Shown in pieces: positions 1-7,230 of a stretch of 9,933 nucleotides of DNA. A model generated the notes under the pieces. It was not told the DNA's origin. It did no database searches and was given only the letters and a program-made list of their open reading frames with translations. This stretch comes from a virus (lineage: Duplodnaviria; Heunggongvirae; Uroviricota; Caudoviricetes), in the IMG/VR virus record IMGVR_UViG_2634166457_000012, positions 1 to 9,933 of that record, one strand, 5' to 3'. The stretch's first letter is position 1, and every line of letters begins with the position of its first letter. Position numbers and translations under genes: made by a program.

Positions 1-385
1 AAATTTGATCCAGTAAGCACGGTTTTGGCCTTTTCGCCATTCTGTTGGCTCGGTTATTAGCATCAACAGCTTTGTAATAGCGTCTGCCCCGATTACGCTG
101 AACTTCACGTGAGATCGTCGAAGGACTGCGATTCAGCGCAGTAGCTATCGCACGAATGCTCATTTTGGCTGACAAACCAGCTCGTATCTCCTCGCGCTCA
201 GACAGTGTCAGGTGAGCTACAGCCCGCTTACGCTCATGGGGTTTTATGCCGCCAGTATCCCTTAACATAGTGAAGATCGTTCCGGGTTTTGAACCCAGGA
301 TATTCGCTATTTCACTGAAGCCTGTTCCGTTCTTCCATAGTTCAAAAACAGAGGCTTTTTCCTCTGCTGTAAATGTTCGTCTCAT
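1..385 (-). CDS. insI: IS30 transposase, N-terminal ~128 codons (C-terminus outside window)
   Basis: Minus-strand ATG at 385..383 preceded by GGAGG. Translation begins MRRTFTAEEKASVFELWKNGTGFSEIANILGSKPGTIFTMLRDTGG..., the helix-turn-helix N-terminus of IS30 transposase. Not in the ORF track because the frame runs off the window edge. Confidence 0.85.
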   Translation of the reverse strand, partial: MRRTFTAEEKASVFELWKNGTGFSEIANILGSKPGTIFTMLRDTGGIKPHERKRAVAHLTLSEREEIRAGLSAKMSIRAIATALNRSPSTISREVQRNRGRRYYKAVDANNRANRMAKRPKPCLLDQI

Positions 386-447
386 TCAAAAAACCTCCGC
401 AACCCCATGTTTTCACATAACTGTTGCGTTGACCAATTGAATCTACA
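1..447 (-). mobile_element. IS30 insertion sequence, partial (terminal inverted repeat plus 5' part of transposase gene; remainder lies beyond the window start)
   Basis: Reverse complement of 447..421 reads TGTAGATTCAATTGGTCAACGCAACAG, which I recognise as the IS30 terminal inverted repeat. It is followed by a GGAGG RBS and the transposase ATG. The element ends exactly where the gpD-like reading frame is broken (447/448). Confidence 0.88.
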
Positions 448-714
448 AGTGCCTTTTTCTGTCAGCGGTTCTCCTTTCCAGCCAATGAGAACCGTCAGGC
501 GCGCGCCCCGTGGCGGTAGCTGCAACTGACCATCCGCATCATCCAGCGTGATGGTGAGCTGGTCCGCCTCAAATCCTCGGTTGTCGGTCAGTGACAGGCT
601 CATCAGGCGCTCTGCCACGCCTGACAGCGTTTTACCCTCCGCAAGAATATCAAAATCCGGCATTTTCACGGGGTCTGTGCCCTGACTGAGCAATTGCATG
701 GTTGTGTCGGTCAT
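448..714 (-). pseudogene. D: P2 gpD-like tail/baseplate hub protein (late control gene D family), 5' fragment of ~89 codons truncated by IS30
   Basis: Minus-strand ATG at 714..712 with AGGGAGG RBS 6 nt upstream. Translation MTDTTMQLLSQGTDPVKMPDFDILAEGKTLSGVAERLMSLSLTDNRGFEADQLTITLDDADGQLQLPPRGARLTVLIGWKG carries the LTDNRGFEADQL-I-LDD motif typical of the phage gpD N-terminus. The frame reads into the IS30 end and stops at a TGA overlapping the transposase ATG. The track ORF 382..846 is this frame, over-extended upstream and read through into IS30. Confidence 0.6.
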
Positions 715-871
715 CTGTTCCCTCCCTGTGCGGCATGGTCGCATGTGCGTGCGGAGGGGGTTACTGCTTTTTGTTGTCGCCGTGGCGGGAGAATAGCGCA
801 GGGGTGAGATTACGCGCGTGGTGGGTGATGATTGTTGCTGAATCATTTAACGGATACAAGGGGCTGAAGCT
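715..871. promoter_or_regulatory. Divergent intergenic region between gpD-like (minus) and sheath FI (plus); presumed to carry promoters for both
   Basis: 157-bp non-coding gap between two divergently oriented starts, each with a good RBS. No confident -35/-10 pair and no P2 Ogr-type TGT-N12-ACA dyad found by eye. Confidence 0.3.
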
Positions 872-2056
872 ATGAGTGAAACTCGTTTTCATGGTGCCCG
901 TGTTACGGAAAATACCGACCTGGTAACAGCGATTAACGATGTTGATTCCAGCGTTATCGGTATCGTGGCAACGGCGGATGATGCGGACGCGAAGCTGTTC
1001 CCGCTGAACAAGCCCACACTGCTGACCCGCGTCAATGACGTGCTGGGAAAATGCGGGACAACGGGGACGCTTTATCGTGCGCTTAAGGCCATCGCAGACC
1101 AGGTGAGCACAAAGGTGATCGTCGTTCGCGTGGCTGAACACAAAGAAGAAGACGGAAAGACGCAGGATCAACTGGTTATCGGTGGTTCTGAGGATGATGG
1201 CAGCTATACGGGGATGTATGCGCTGCTTGTTGCAGAGCAGGATGAAAGCATCGGATACCGTCCGCGTATTCTGGCCGCGCCGGAGCTGGACACGGAGGCG
1301 GTGACAAAATCCCTGTGCGTGATTGCGGGTAAACTGCGCGCGTTTGTGTATGCCACATGTCATGGTTGTAACACGATGGCTGAGGCAATTACCTACCGCC
1401 AGAAATTCAACGAACGTGAGGTGATGCTCTTATGGCCGGACTTCATCGCCTACAACCCGAAAAGTGGCAAAAACGAAACGTTCCCCGCGCCTGCCTATGC
1501 GTGCGGCCTTCGTGCGTACATTGACCATGAGCAGGGCTGGCACAAATCACTGTCCAACGTTCCGGTTAAAAATGTGCTGGGGATGTCGAGGCATGTGTTC
1601 TGGTCGTTGCAGGCCGAAGACAGCGATGCCAACAGCCTCAATAATAAAGAAATCACGACCATTATTCGTCGCAACGGGTTCCGCTTCTGGGGCAACCGCA
1701 CACCGGAAACGAACGCCTACATCTTTGAGGTGTATACCCGAACCGCACAGGTGCTGGCTGATTCAATTGCGGAAGCGCAGTTTGAAACCATCGACAGTCC
1801 ACTGACGCCTGCGAATGTGAAGGATGTTATCAGTGCCATCAGGGCAAAACTGGATTCGCTGGTTACTGCCGGGAAACTGATTGGTGCGGAGTGCTGGTAT
1901 GACGTGGTGGATAACGGTACCACGAATTTACGTCAGGGACGTGTGCGTATTCGCTACAAATATACGCCTGTTCCCCCGCTGGAAGACATGGAGCTTTACC
2001 AGACGTTTACTGATGAATTCTTTGGTCCCGCATTTGCGGTGCTGGGAGGTGCCTGA
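872..2056 (+). CDS. FI: Contractile tail sheath protein (P2 gpFI family), 394 aa
   Basis: ATG 872 with AGGGG RBS ~8 nt upstream. Length and sequence character match myovirus sheath proteins of the P2 FI type (P2 FI is ~396 aa). Followed immediately by tube, chaperone, tape measure and gpU in the canonical order. Confidence 0.88.
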   Translation: MSETRFHGARVTENTDLVTAINDVDSSVIGIVATADDADAKLFPLNKPTLLTRVNDVLGKCGTTGTLYRALKAIADQVSTKVIVVRVAEHKEEDGKTQDQLVIGGSEDDGSYTGMYALLVAEQDESIGYRPRILAAPELDTEAVTKSLCVIAGKLRAFVYATCHGCNTMAEAITYRQKFNEREVMLLWPDFIAYNPKSGKNETFPAPAYACGLRAYIDHEQGWHKSLSNVPVKNVLGMSRHVFWSLQAEDSDANSLNNKEITTIIRRNGFRFWGNRTPETNAYIFEVYTRTAQVLADSIAEAQFETIDSPLTPANVKDVISAIRAKLDSLVTAGKLIGAECWYDVVDNGTTNLRQGRVRIRYKYTPVPPLEDMELYQTFTDEFFGPAFAVLGGA

Positions 2057-2568
2057 TGGCTGTACCAAAACATCTTCGCTTTTTTACGTTGTTTGTGGAT
2101 GGTGAAAACGAAGTGGGTAAAGTGACATCCGTCACGCCGCCCAAACTGACGCGCAAAACCGACAGCTATCGTGGTGGTGGCATGATGGGGGCGGTAAGTA
2201 TTGATCTCGGTCTGGACGACTCCGCGCTTGATGCGAGTTTTGTCATGGGGGGAGCTGTTCGTGCGCTGTTCCTTAAATATGGTGGCACGATTGACGGCAC
2301 GCTGCTGCGTTTTGCGGGTGAATACTACACCGATGCAGAAAGCGATCTGTATGAAATCGAGATGCGTGGGCGTGTGACGGAAATTGATATGGGGGAAGCC
2401 AAACAGGGCGAAGCCACATCACACACTTACGCTGTCAAAAACACCTACTACAAGCTGAGCGTTAACGATCGCCCGCTGTGGGAAATCGACCTGTTGAACC
2501 ACATCTACCGGAAGGACGGCAAGGACATTGTGCCTGACCGTATCCGTTCCGCGCTTGGGCTTGGCTGA
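2056..2568 (+). CDS. FII: Tail tube protein (P2 gpFII family), 170 aa
   Basis: ATG 2056 overlaps the FI stop (TGATG) and is preceded by GGGAGGTG. Size matches P2 FII (~172 aa) and it sits directly after the sheath gene. Confidence 0.88.
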   Translation: MAVPKHLRFFTLFVDGENEVGKVTSVTPPKLTRKTDSYRGGGMMGAVSIDLGLDDSALDASFVMGGAVRALFLKYGGTIDGTLLRFAGEYYTDAESDLYEIEMRGRVTEIDMGEAKQGEATSHTYAVKNTYYKLSVNDRPLWEIDLLNHIYRKDGKDIVPDRIRSALGLG

Positions 2569-2623
2569 TAAGTAATATGCAGGCGGCGCAGTGCGTCGCC
2601 TCTGACTGAAAAGGAGACAACTG

Positions 2624-2998
2624 ATGAAAGACATCGATACTGAAACCCGGAATAACACCGTGGCGGATGATGTGACGGCAGGTGAGGATATGGCTGTCGA
2701 ACGTGGCGTAAAACTGACCCGACCAATTGAGCGTGGTGGCGAAAAAATCACGTATGTGGAGATCACCGGGGCTATTGAGCAGGCTGGATCCCTGCGTGGT
2801 CTGTCGCTGTCTGATGTGCTGAATCTGAAAGCGGATACCATGTTCACGCTGTTGCCTCGCGTGACCTCGCCACGACTGGATGAAGTGATGATTAAAAAAA
2901 TGTCGTCACGCGATTTTATTCAGTTGTGCGCTGTGGCTGTAAATTTTATGAGCGAGCCAGACTCTGGCGCGAAGAGCGTGCAGGAGACGGCAGCGTAA
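2624..2998 (+). CDS. E: Tail assembly chaperone (P2 gpE-like), 124 aa, zero-frame product
   Basis: ATG 2624 with AAGGAG RBS at 2611..2616. Small acidic protein between tube and tape measure. Its 3' part is overlapped by a -1 frame ORF that runs to 3162, the hallmark of the E/E' (lambda G/GT-like) chaperone pair. Confidence 0.78.
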   Translation: MKDIDTETRNNTVADDVTAGEDMAVERGVKLTRPIERGGEKITYVEITGAIEQAGSLRGLSLSDVLNLKADTMFTLLPRVTSPRLDEVMIKKMSSRDFIQLCAVAVNFMSEPDSGAKSVQETAA

Positions 2999-3162
2999 TC
3001 ACCCTGGTGTGCTTTGAGCACATCGAAGATCTGGTGGCGGATATTGCCGCCATTTTTAACTGGTCGCCCGCCGAAATCTTCATGATGACGCCCGGCGAAG
3101 TGGTTAGCTGGCGTGAGCGGGCGGCACTTCGCAGCGGGAATGCAGACAATGAAGACTCTTGA
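2624..3162 (+). CDS. Tail assembly chaperone frameshift product E+E' (programmed -1 frameshift, predicted ~179 aa)
   Basis: The -1 frame is open from 2896 (after TAA at 2893..2895) to TGA at 3160..3162 and overlaps the last ~100 nt of E. A heptamer fitting X_XXY_YYZ in the E frame lies at 2941..2947. The E' stop overlaps the start of T. Confidence 0.55.
2941..2947 (+). other. Candidate -1 slippery heptamer A_AAT_TTT for the E/E' frameshift
   Basis: E-frame codons AAT(2942..2944) and TTT(2945..2947) preceded by A2941. A small hairpin GCCAG-ACT-CTGGC (2956..2968) lies 8 nt downstream. An alternative site is the A7 run at 2894..2900 (T_AAA_AAA), which is non-canonical. Confidence 0.4.
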
Positions 3163-5956
3163 CATCCGGGTCGCTTTCAGCGCCGTTGACAGGCTGACCC
3201 GGCCTGCCGAAAACGCCCGCCGCCTGATGGGGCAGTTTGGTGACTCCATCCAGCGAACGCAGGGGGCGATCAAAAATCTCGAGCGTCAGGCGCGTTCATT
3301 TGAGCGCGCCCGTGACGCTGTCAGTAAAGCGGATGCTGGCGTATTGAAAGCACGACGCCAGCTTAACGCCCTTAATCAGTTACAACGCACGGGTACAGTG
3401 CTCAGCGAAAAACAACAAAAGCTGATGCAGCAGTTAAGCACCCGGCTTGAACGCCTGAATGAATCGCGCACACGGGAAATTCAGAAAATGCGGGAACTTG
3501 GCGGAGAGCTGAAACGCCACGGCATTTCCCTGACAGGCAGCGATAACACCATCCAGCAGGCCATCAGACGCACCGAACAGTACAACAACCAGCTTGAACG
3601 CGAACGGCAGGCGCTTGCGCGTGTAACGCGGGCGCGTGAGCGGTATTCGCGCGCGCAGGAAACAGAGGGAAAACTGAAAACAGGTGGTGCACTGGCAATT
3701 GGTGCGGCAGCGGCGGGCGGCTATGCTGCCGGGCGTTTTTTGCAGCCTGCGATCGGGTTCGGCAAAGAGATGTCCTGCGTTCAGGCACTGACGCGAATCG
3801 ACAAAAACAGCCCGCAGTTTAAGGCGCTGCGTGAGCAGGCGTTAAAACTTGGCTCTGAAACACAGTTTACTGCGAGTGATGCCGCCAGTGGGCAGAGCTT
3901 TCTGGCAATGGCTGGTTTTACTCCTCAGGCCATTCAGGCCGCATTGCCCGGTGTTCTTAATATGGCGCTGGCAGGTGGCGTCGAACTCGGCGAGACGGCT
4001 GATATAGGCTCCAATATCCTCACACAGTTCAACCTGACAGCCGATCAAATGGACCGGGTTGGCGATACGCTGACAGCAGCATTCACCCGGACCAATACTG
4101 ATTTACGCGCGCTGGGCGAAACCATGAAGTATACCGGTCCGGTTGCCGCAAAACTTGGTATCAGTCTTGAAGAAGCGGCGGCCATGGCCGGGATGCTTGC
4201 CAATAATGGTCTTCGCGGAAGCGATGCGGGTACGGCCATGCGCGCAAGTCTGTCCCGCCTTGCATCACCGCCAAAAGCTGCGGCTGATGCACTGAAAGAG
4301 CTGGGGGTGTCAGTTGCTGACGCCAGAGGCAAAATGCGCCCAATGGAGGATGTGCTGCTTGATCTCTATAAGGCGACACAAAAATACGGACAGGTGGACC
4401 AGGTCTCCTTCTTCAAGGACATCGCCGGAGAAGAGGCGTTCGTTGGTTTGCAGACGCTTGTTGCGGCGGCTGGTTCAGGAGAACTGCAAAAACTGACCAG
4501 AGAATTGCAGGGGGCAAGGGGAGAGGCCGATCGCGTTGCAAAAGTAATGGCCGATAATCTTGATGGGGACCTGAAAAATCTCGACAGCGCATGGGAAGGT
4601 CTTCGTATTCGCATCAGTGATCTGGTTGACGGTCCGCTGCGTTCTGTCACGCAGTGGCTCACGCGGGTGCTTGAAAAAATCACCTCGCTGGCGCAGGCCC
4701 ATCCGGTACTGACGCGCCAGCTACTGATAGCAGGCGGTGCGTTGCTGGCAATGACTGCAACGATTGGCTCGTTGTCGCTGGTTATTGGGGTGCTTTACGG
4801 GAAGCTGGCCACCCTGCGTCTTGGTTTTGACATTCTTACCCGGTCAATGAATGTCGTCAGGGTGTTGCCTGCGCTGTGGGGAATGGTGACGGGTTCCGTT
4901 TCTTTACTGGGGGGCGCTATCGGGGCGTTGTTCAGTCCGGTTGGTCTTATTGTGGCTGCGCTCGCCGGAGCTGCCGTTCTCATCTGGAAATACTGGGATC
5001 CCATCAGGGCATTTTTTGCCGGGGTGTTCAGCGGGATTATGGAAAGGCTGACCCCGTTGCGCGAAACCTTTGAACGGTTTGGTCCTGTTTTTGACGCAAT
5101 CGGAAGCGGGATCAGCCAGGTGTTTAACTGGTTTAAATCGCTGCTGTCACCGATGGAGTCCAGCAAGGAAACGCTGGATAAATGTACCAGTGCTGGCGAG
5201 ATATTCGGTAACGTTCTTGGCGGTGCGTTACAGCTTGTTCTGACACCTGCAAAAATGTTGCTGGATACGCTGGCGTGGATACTTGAAAAGCTCGGTGTGC
5301 TTCCGGATGAAGCGGAAAGGGCGCGCAAGAAAATCGAAGACGCACAGCGTGCGGCCATTCTTCAGGATAAGGTTGCCTTGCTTCAGGGGGACCTGGCGAA
5401 AATCAATCCGCCGAAGCCTGTGGAAAATGGCAATGGTACCGGAGGTGATAAGCCCAAAGACAACAAACCGCTCACAGACAGCAATACCGGTACGCTACGC
5501 AGACTCAGCAAAATTGCTGATAACACAGGTAAGCTGGTTGATGAGACGAAAAAACGCATTGGCCCCGGCGATATTGTCTTTAAGAACCTGCCCCGCGCAC
5601 TTGCTGTTCGTGGGGAGTGGCAGGAGCGGAAGATTGCGCAGGTCAGTAAGCCTGCCCCCGCAATTAATATCACACCCGTGGTTCCGGCTCCGCTGTCTCC
5701 AGCGCTGGTCCCTGTTGTTGCGGCCAGCTCCCGCCCGGTGGCGGAGGCCATACGATCGCCAGTGGCATCAGTTCCTGCAACTTCCCGTAACCGGGAGCCT
5801 GTTGCCTCCGGATTTGGCGGTGAAATTCATGTTCATCTGCATAACGTTGTTACGCAGAATCCCCGCGAACTGGCGAAACTGGTCGGTGAAATGGTCAGGG
5901 CAGAATTGGAACGACGCGACCGTGCCGGACGTGGCAGTTTTTACGATAAAGATTGA
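3149..5956 (+). CDS. T: Tail tape measure protein (P2 gpT-like), ~935 aa
   Basis: Long ORF directly after E/E'. N-terminal third is coiled-coil-like and rich in R/E/Q/L. The middle has Gly/Ala-rich hydrophobic segments (e.g. LLIAGGALLAMTATIGSLSLVIGVLYG and GAIGALFSPVGLIVAALAGAAVLIW) typical of tape measure proteins. Start chosen at ATG 3149 (GGGA ~9 nt upstream); in-frame alternatives are ATG 3140 and GTG 3113 (the track start). Confidence 0.85.
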   Translation: MKTLDIRVAFSAVDRLTRPAENARRLMGQFGDSIQRTQGAIKNLERQARSFERARDAVSKADAGVLKARRQLNALNQLQRTGTVLSEKQQKLMQQLSTRLERLNESRTREIQKMRELGGELKRHGISLTGSDNTIQQAIRRTEQYNNQLERERQALARVTRARERYSRAQETEGKLKTGGALAIGAAAAGGYAAGRFLQPAIGFGKEMSCVQALTRIDKNSPQFKALREQALKLGSETQFTASDAASGQSFLAMAGFTPQAIQAALPGVLNMALAGGVELGETADIGSNILTQFNLTADQMDRVGDTLTAAFTRTNTDLRALGETMKYTGPVAAKLGISLEEAAAMAGMLANNGLRGSDAGTAMRASLSRLASPPKAAADALKELGVSVADARGKMRPMEDVLLDLYKATQKYGQVDQVSFFKDIAGEEAFVGLQTLVAAAGSGELQKLTRELQGARGEADRVAKVMADNLDGDLKNLDSAWEGLRIRISDLVDGPLRSVTQWLTRVLEKITSLAQAHPVLTRQLLIAGGALLAMTATIGSLSLVIGVLYGKLATLRLGFDILTRSMNVVRVLPALWGMVTGSVSLLGGAIGALFSPVGLIVAALAGAAVLIWKYWDPIRAFFAGVFSGIMERLTPLRETFERFGPVFDAIGSGISQVFNWFKSLLSPMESSKETLDKCTSAGEIFGNVLGGALQLVLTPAKMLLDTLAWILEKLGVLPDEAERARKKIEDAQRAAILQDKVALLQGDLAKINPPKPVENGNGTGGDKPKDNKPLTDSNTGTLRRLSKIADNTGKLVDETKKRIGPGDIVFKNLPRALAVRGEWQERKIAQVSKPAPAINITPVVPAPLSPALVPVVAASSRPVAEAIRSPVASVPATSRNREPVASGFGGEIHVHLHNVVTQNPRELAKLVGEMVRAELERRDRAGRGSFYDKD

Positions 5957-5962
5957 GGAGTC

Positions 5963-6457
5963 ATGGCCATGATGATGATCTACGGCATGTTTGTTTTTGA
6001 GTTGCGCACGTTGCCGCATCAGCAGTTACAGCAAAACAAAAGCTGGCGACATGTGAAAAATGAACGCGTTAACCGTTCGGCAAGCTGGCAGTATATCGGT
6101 GCAGGTGATGATCGCATCGTTCTTTCGGGTGTTCTTTATCCTGAGATTACAGGTGGCGAAGTGTCGCTGTCGTTGTTGACCACGCAGGCATATACAGGAC
6201 GCCCCTGGCCTCTGATTGATGGCGTCGGGCAGATTTACGGCATGTATGTACTGACTGAAACGAATACGACCCGCTCCGAGTTTGATCGCTACGGTAAGGC
6301 GAAAAAGATAGAATTTTCACTGACTCTTGAACGCTGTGATGAGGATTTGCGGGAGCGCCTGCAATCCTCATCGTTCAGCGATATGTTGTCCGGCTTCAAA
6401 GATAAGGTGACATCATCCCTTAACAGCGCGGCCAGCTCAGTTAAGGGGCTGCTCTGA
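5963..6457 (+). CDS. U: Tail protein gpU-like (P2 U family), ~162-164 aa
   Basis: Follows the tape measure by 6 nt. Size matches P2 gpU (~159 aa). GAGGAG at 5955..5960 is best spaced for the in-frame ATGs at 5969/5972, so the true start may be 6-9 nt downstream of the track start 5963. Confidence 0.8.
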   Translation: MAMMMIYGMFVFELRTLPHQQLQQNKSWRHVKNERVNRSASWQYIGAGDDRIVLSGVLYPEITGGEVSLSLLTTQAYTGRPWPLIDGVGQIYGMYVLTETNTTRSEFDRYGKAKKIEFSLTLERCDEDLRERLQSSSFSDMLSGFKDKVTSSLNSAASSVKGLL

Positions 6458-6467
6458 TTTAACGTAT

Positions 6468-6500
6468 GTCGCCAATTTCCTGATGAAGGTGACTGGCGAC
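6468..6500 (+). other. Inverted repeat GTCGCCA-N19-TGGCGAC just downstream of the gpU stop; possible weak terminator or processing hairpin
   Basis: Perfect 7-bp arms at 6468..6474 and 6494..6500, followed by TTGCTGTTGT. The long loop and poor U-tract make an intrinsic-terminator call weak. Confidence 0.25.
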
Positions 6501-6533
6501 TTGCTGTTGTATGTCCTTCTCAGAAAATTGTTT

Positions 6534-6562
6534 TTGAATAACAAATAACAGGATTTTATAAT
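6534..6562 (+). promoter_or_regulatory. Near-consensus sigma70 promoter for the acetyltransferase moron
   Basis: TTGAAT (6534..6539), 17-nt spacer, TATAAT (6557..6562). Predicted transcript start ~6569, about 45 nt upstream of the GTG start, in an AT-rich non-coding stretch. Confidence 0.55.
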
Positions 6563-6613
6563 CTCTTAACCTTATAACATGTGTGGTCTGAAATAATAAT
6601 TAAGGAGATTTTC

Positions 6614-7186
6614 GTGCTGTCTTACTTAATGGCAATTCACTTTGTTTTATTTGGGAACTCTACTAATTTAAAAAACTTCTGGAAACATGAAGTGATTCGG
6701 CGGAAACGTATGGATATCTGGAGGCTTTTAAGAGAGAAAAAGCAGCGTAACCGGAATTTCCTGTTCTGGTGGCGGTTGGCTAACGAAATGTATATTAATG
6801 GTAATAAATCACATAAGAAAGCAGCCAAAAAGTTAAACAGTAAAATAATTAACAAATTTGGTTGTGAAATAGGATTGGGAGCAAATATTGGAAAAGGGTT
6901 AACAATTCCCCATCATGCTGGAATTGTTGTTCATTTTGCTGTTGATGCGGGTGAAAATCTGGTATTACGACAGAATACTACCATTGGACAGATAGATGGT
7001 GACATGCCTGGTTCAAGAGTGAAAATTGGTAGTAACGTTGATATCGGAGCTAATTGTTGCATCATTGGATTATCACGTAAAATTGGGGATAATGTAAAAA
7101 TAGGTGCAATGTCTTTTATAAATAAAGATATACCATCAAACTGCACATATATAACTAAAAAGAGTGGTGTTGTATTGTATAAATAG
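6614..7186 (+). CDS. Hexapeptide-repeat (left-handed beta-helix) acetyltransferase, serine O-acetyltransferase (CysE/WcaB/NeuO-like) family; ~190 aa; AT-rich moron
   Basis: Translation contains the SAT-family signature GCEIGLGANIGKGLTIPHHAGIVVHFAVDAGENLVLRQNTTIG followed by further hexapeptide repeats (VKIGSNVDIGANCCIIG, KIGDNVKIGAMSFINKDIP). Start assigned to GTG 6614 because AAGGAG (6602..6607) lies 6 nt upstream; the track ATG 6581 has no RBS. Followed by a strong terminator. Confidence 0.72.
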   Translation: MLSYLMAIHFVLFGNSTNLKNFWKHEVIRRKRMDIWRLLREKKQRNRNFLFWWRLANEMYINGNKSHKKAAKKLNSKIINKFGCEIGLGANIGKGLTIPHHAGIVVHFAVDAGENLVLRQNTTIGQIDGDMPGSRVKIGSNVDIGANCCIIGLSRKIGDNVKIGAMSFINKDIPSNCTYITKKSGVVLYK

Positions 7187-7193
7187 AGTACAT

Positions 7194-7230
7194 AAAGCCA
7201 TCGATATTTCTGTCGATGGCTTTTTCTTTT
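7194..7230. terminator. Rho-independent terminator, shared by the convergent acetyltransferase (plus) and tfa (minus) transcripts
   Basis: Perfect stem AGCCATCGA (7196..7204) / TCGATGGCT (7213..7221) with 8-nt loop, then TTTTTCTTTT (7221..7230) on the plus strand. On the minus strand the same stem follows the tfa stop but has only a short U-tract (UUUAUG). Confidence 0.8.

Noticed and set aside
246-440. 64-aa plus-strand ORF inside IS30
   Set aside because: Antisense to the IS30 transposase N-terminus; no RBS; explained by the IS30 annotation.
715-846. Upstream 44 codons of track ORF 382..846 (starting MIQQQSSPTTRV...)
   Set aside because: The gpD-like protein starts at ATG 714 with a strong AGGGAGG RBS. 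The upstream extension lies in the divergent promoter region and is Pro/Ser/Thr/Arg-rich with no homology signal.
760-871. Searched for a P2 Ogr/Delta-type late promoter dyad (TGT-N12-ACA) upstream of FI
   Set aside because: TGT and ACA triplets are present but none with 12-nt spacing, so no activator site is claimed.
761-1363. 200-aa minus-strand ORF overlapping the FI start
   Set aside because: Antisense to the well-supported tail sheath gene; Arg/Cys/His-rich low-complexity translation typical of a spurious reverse frame.
2582-2600. GC-rich stem-loop (GGCGGCG / CGTCGCC) between FII and E
   Set aside because: Imperfect stem with a G-U pair and no U-tract; may affect mRNA stability or the tube:chaperone ratio but is not convincingly a terminator.
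4795-5358. 187-aa minus-strand ORF (and other 60-120 aa ORFs on both strands) inside the tape measure gene
   Set aside because: Antisense or alternative frames within a long GC-rich coding region; Ser/Ala/Pro/Arg-rich; no RBS context.
5283-5972. 229-aa plus-strand ORF overlapping the 3' third of T
   Set aside because: Out-of-frame overlap of the tape measure gene; Arg/Trp/Cys-rich translation; no independent support.
6581-6680. Looked for NeuO-style 5' heptanucleotide tandem repeats (phase-variation tract) in the acetyltransferase gene
   Set aside because: No tandem short repeats present in the 5' coding region.
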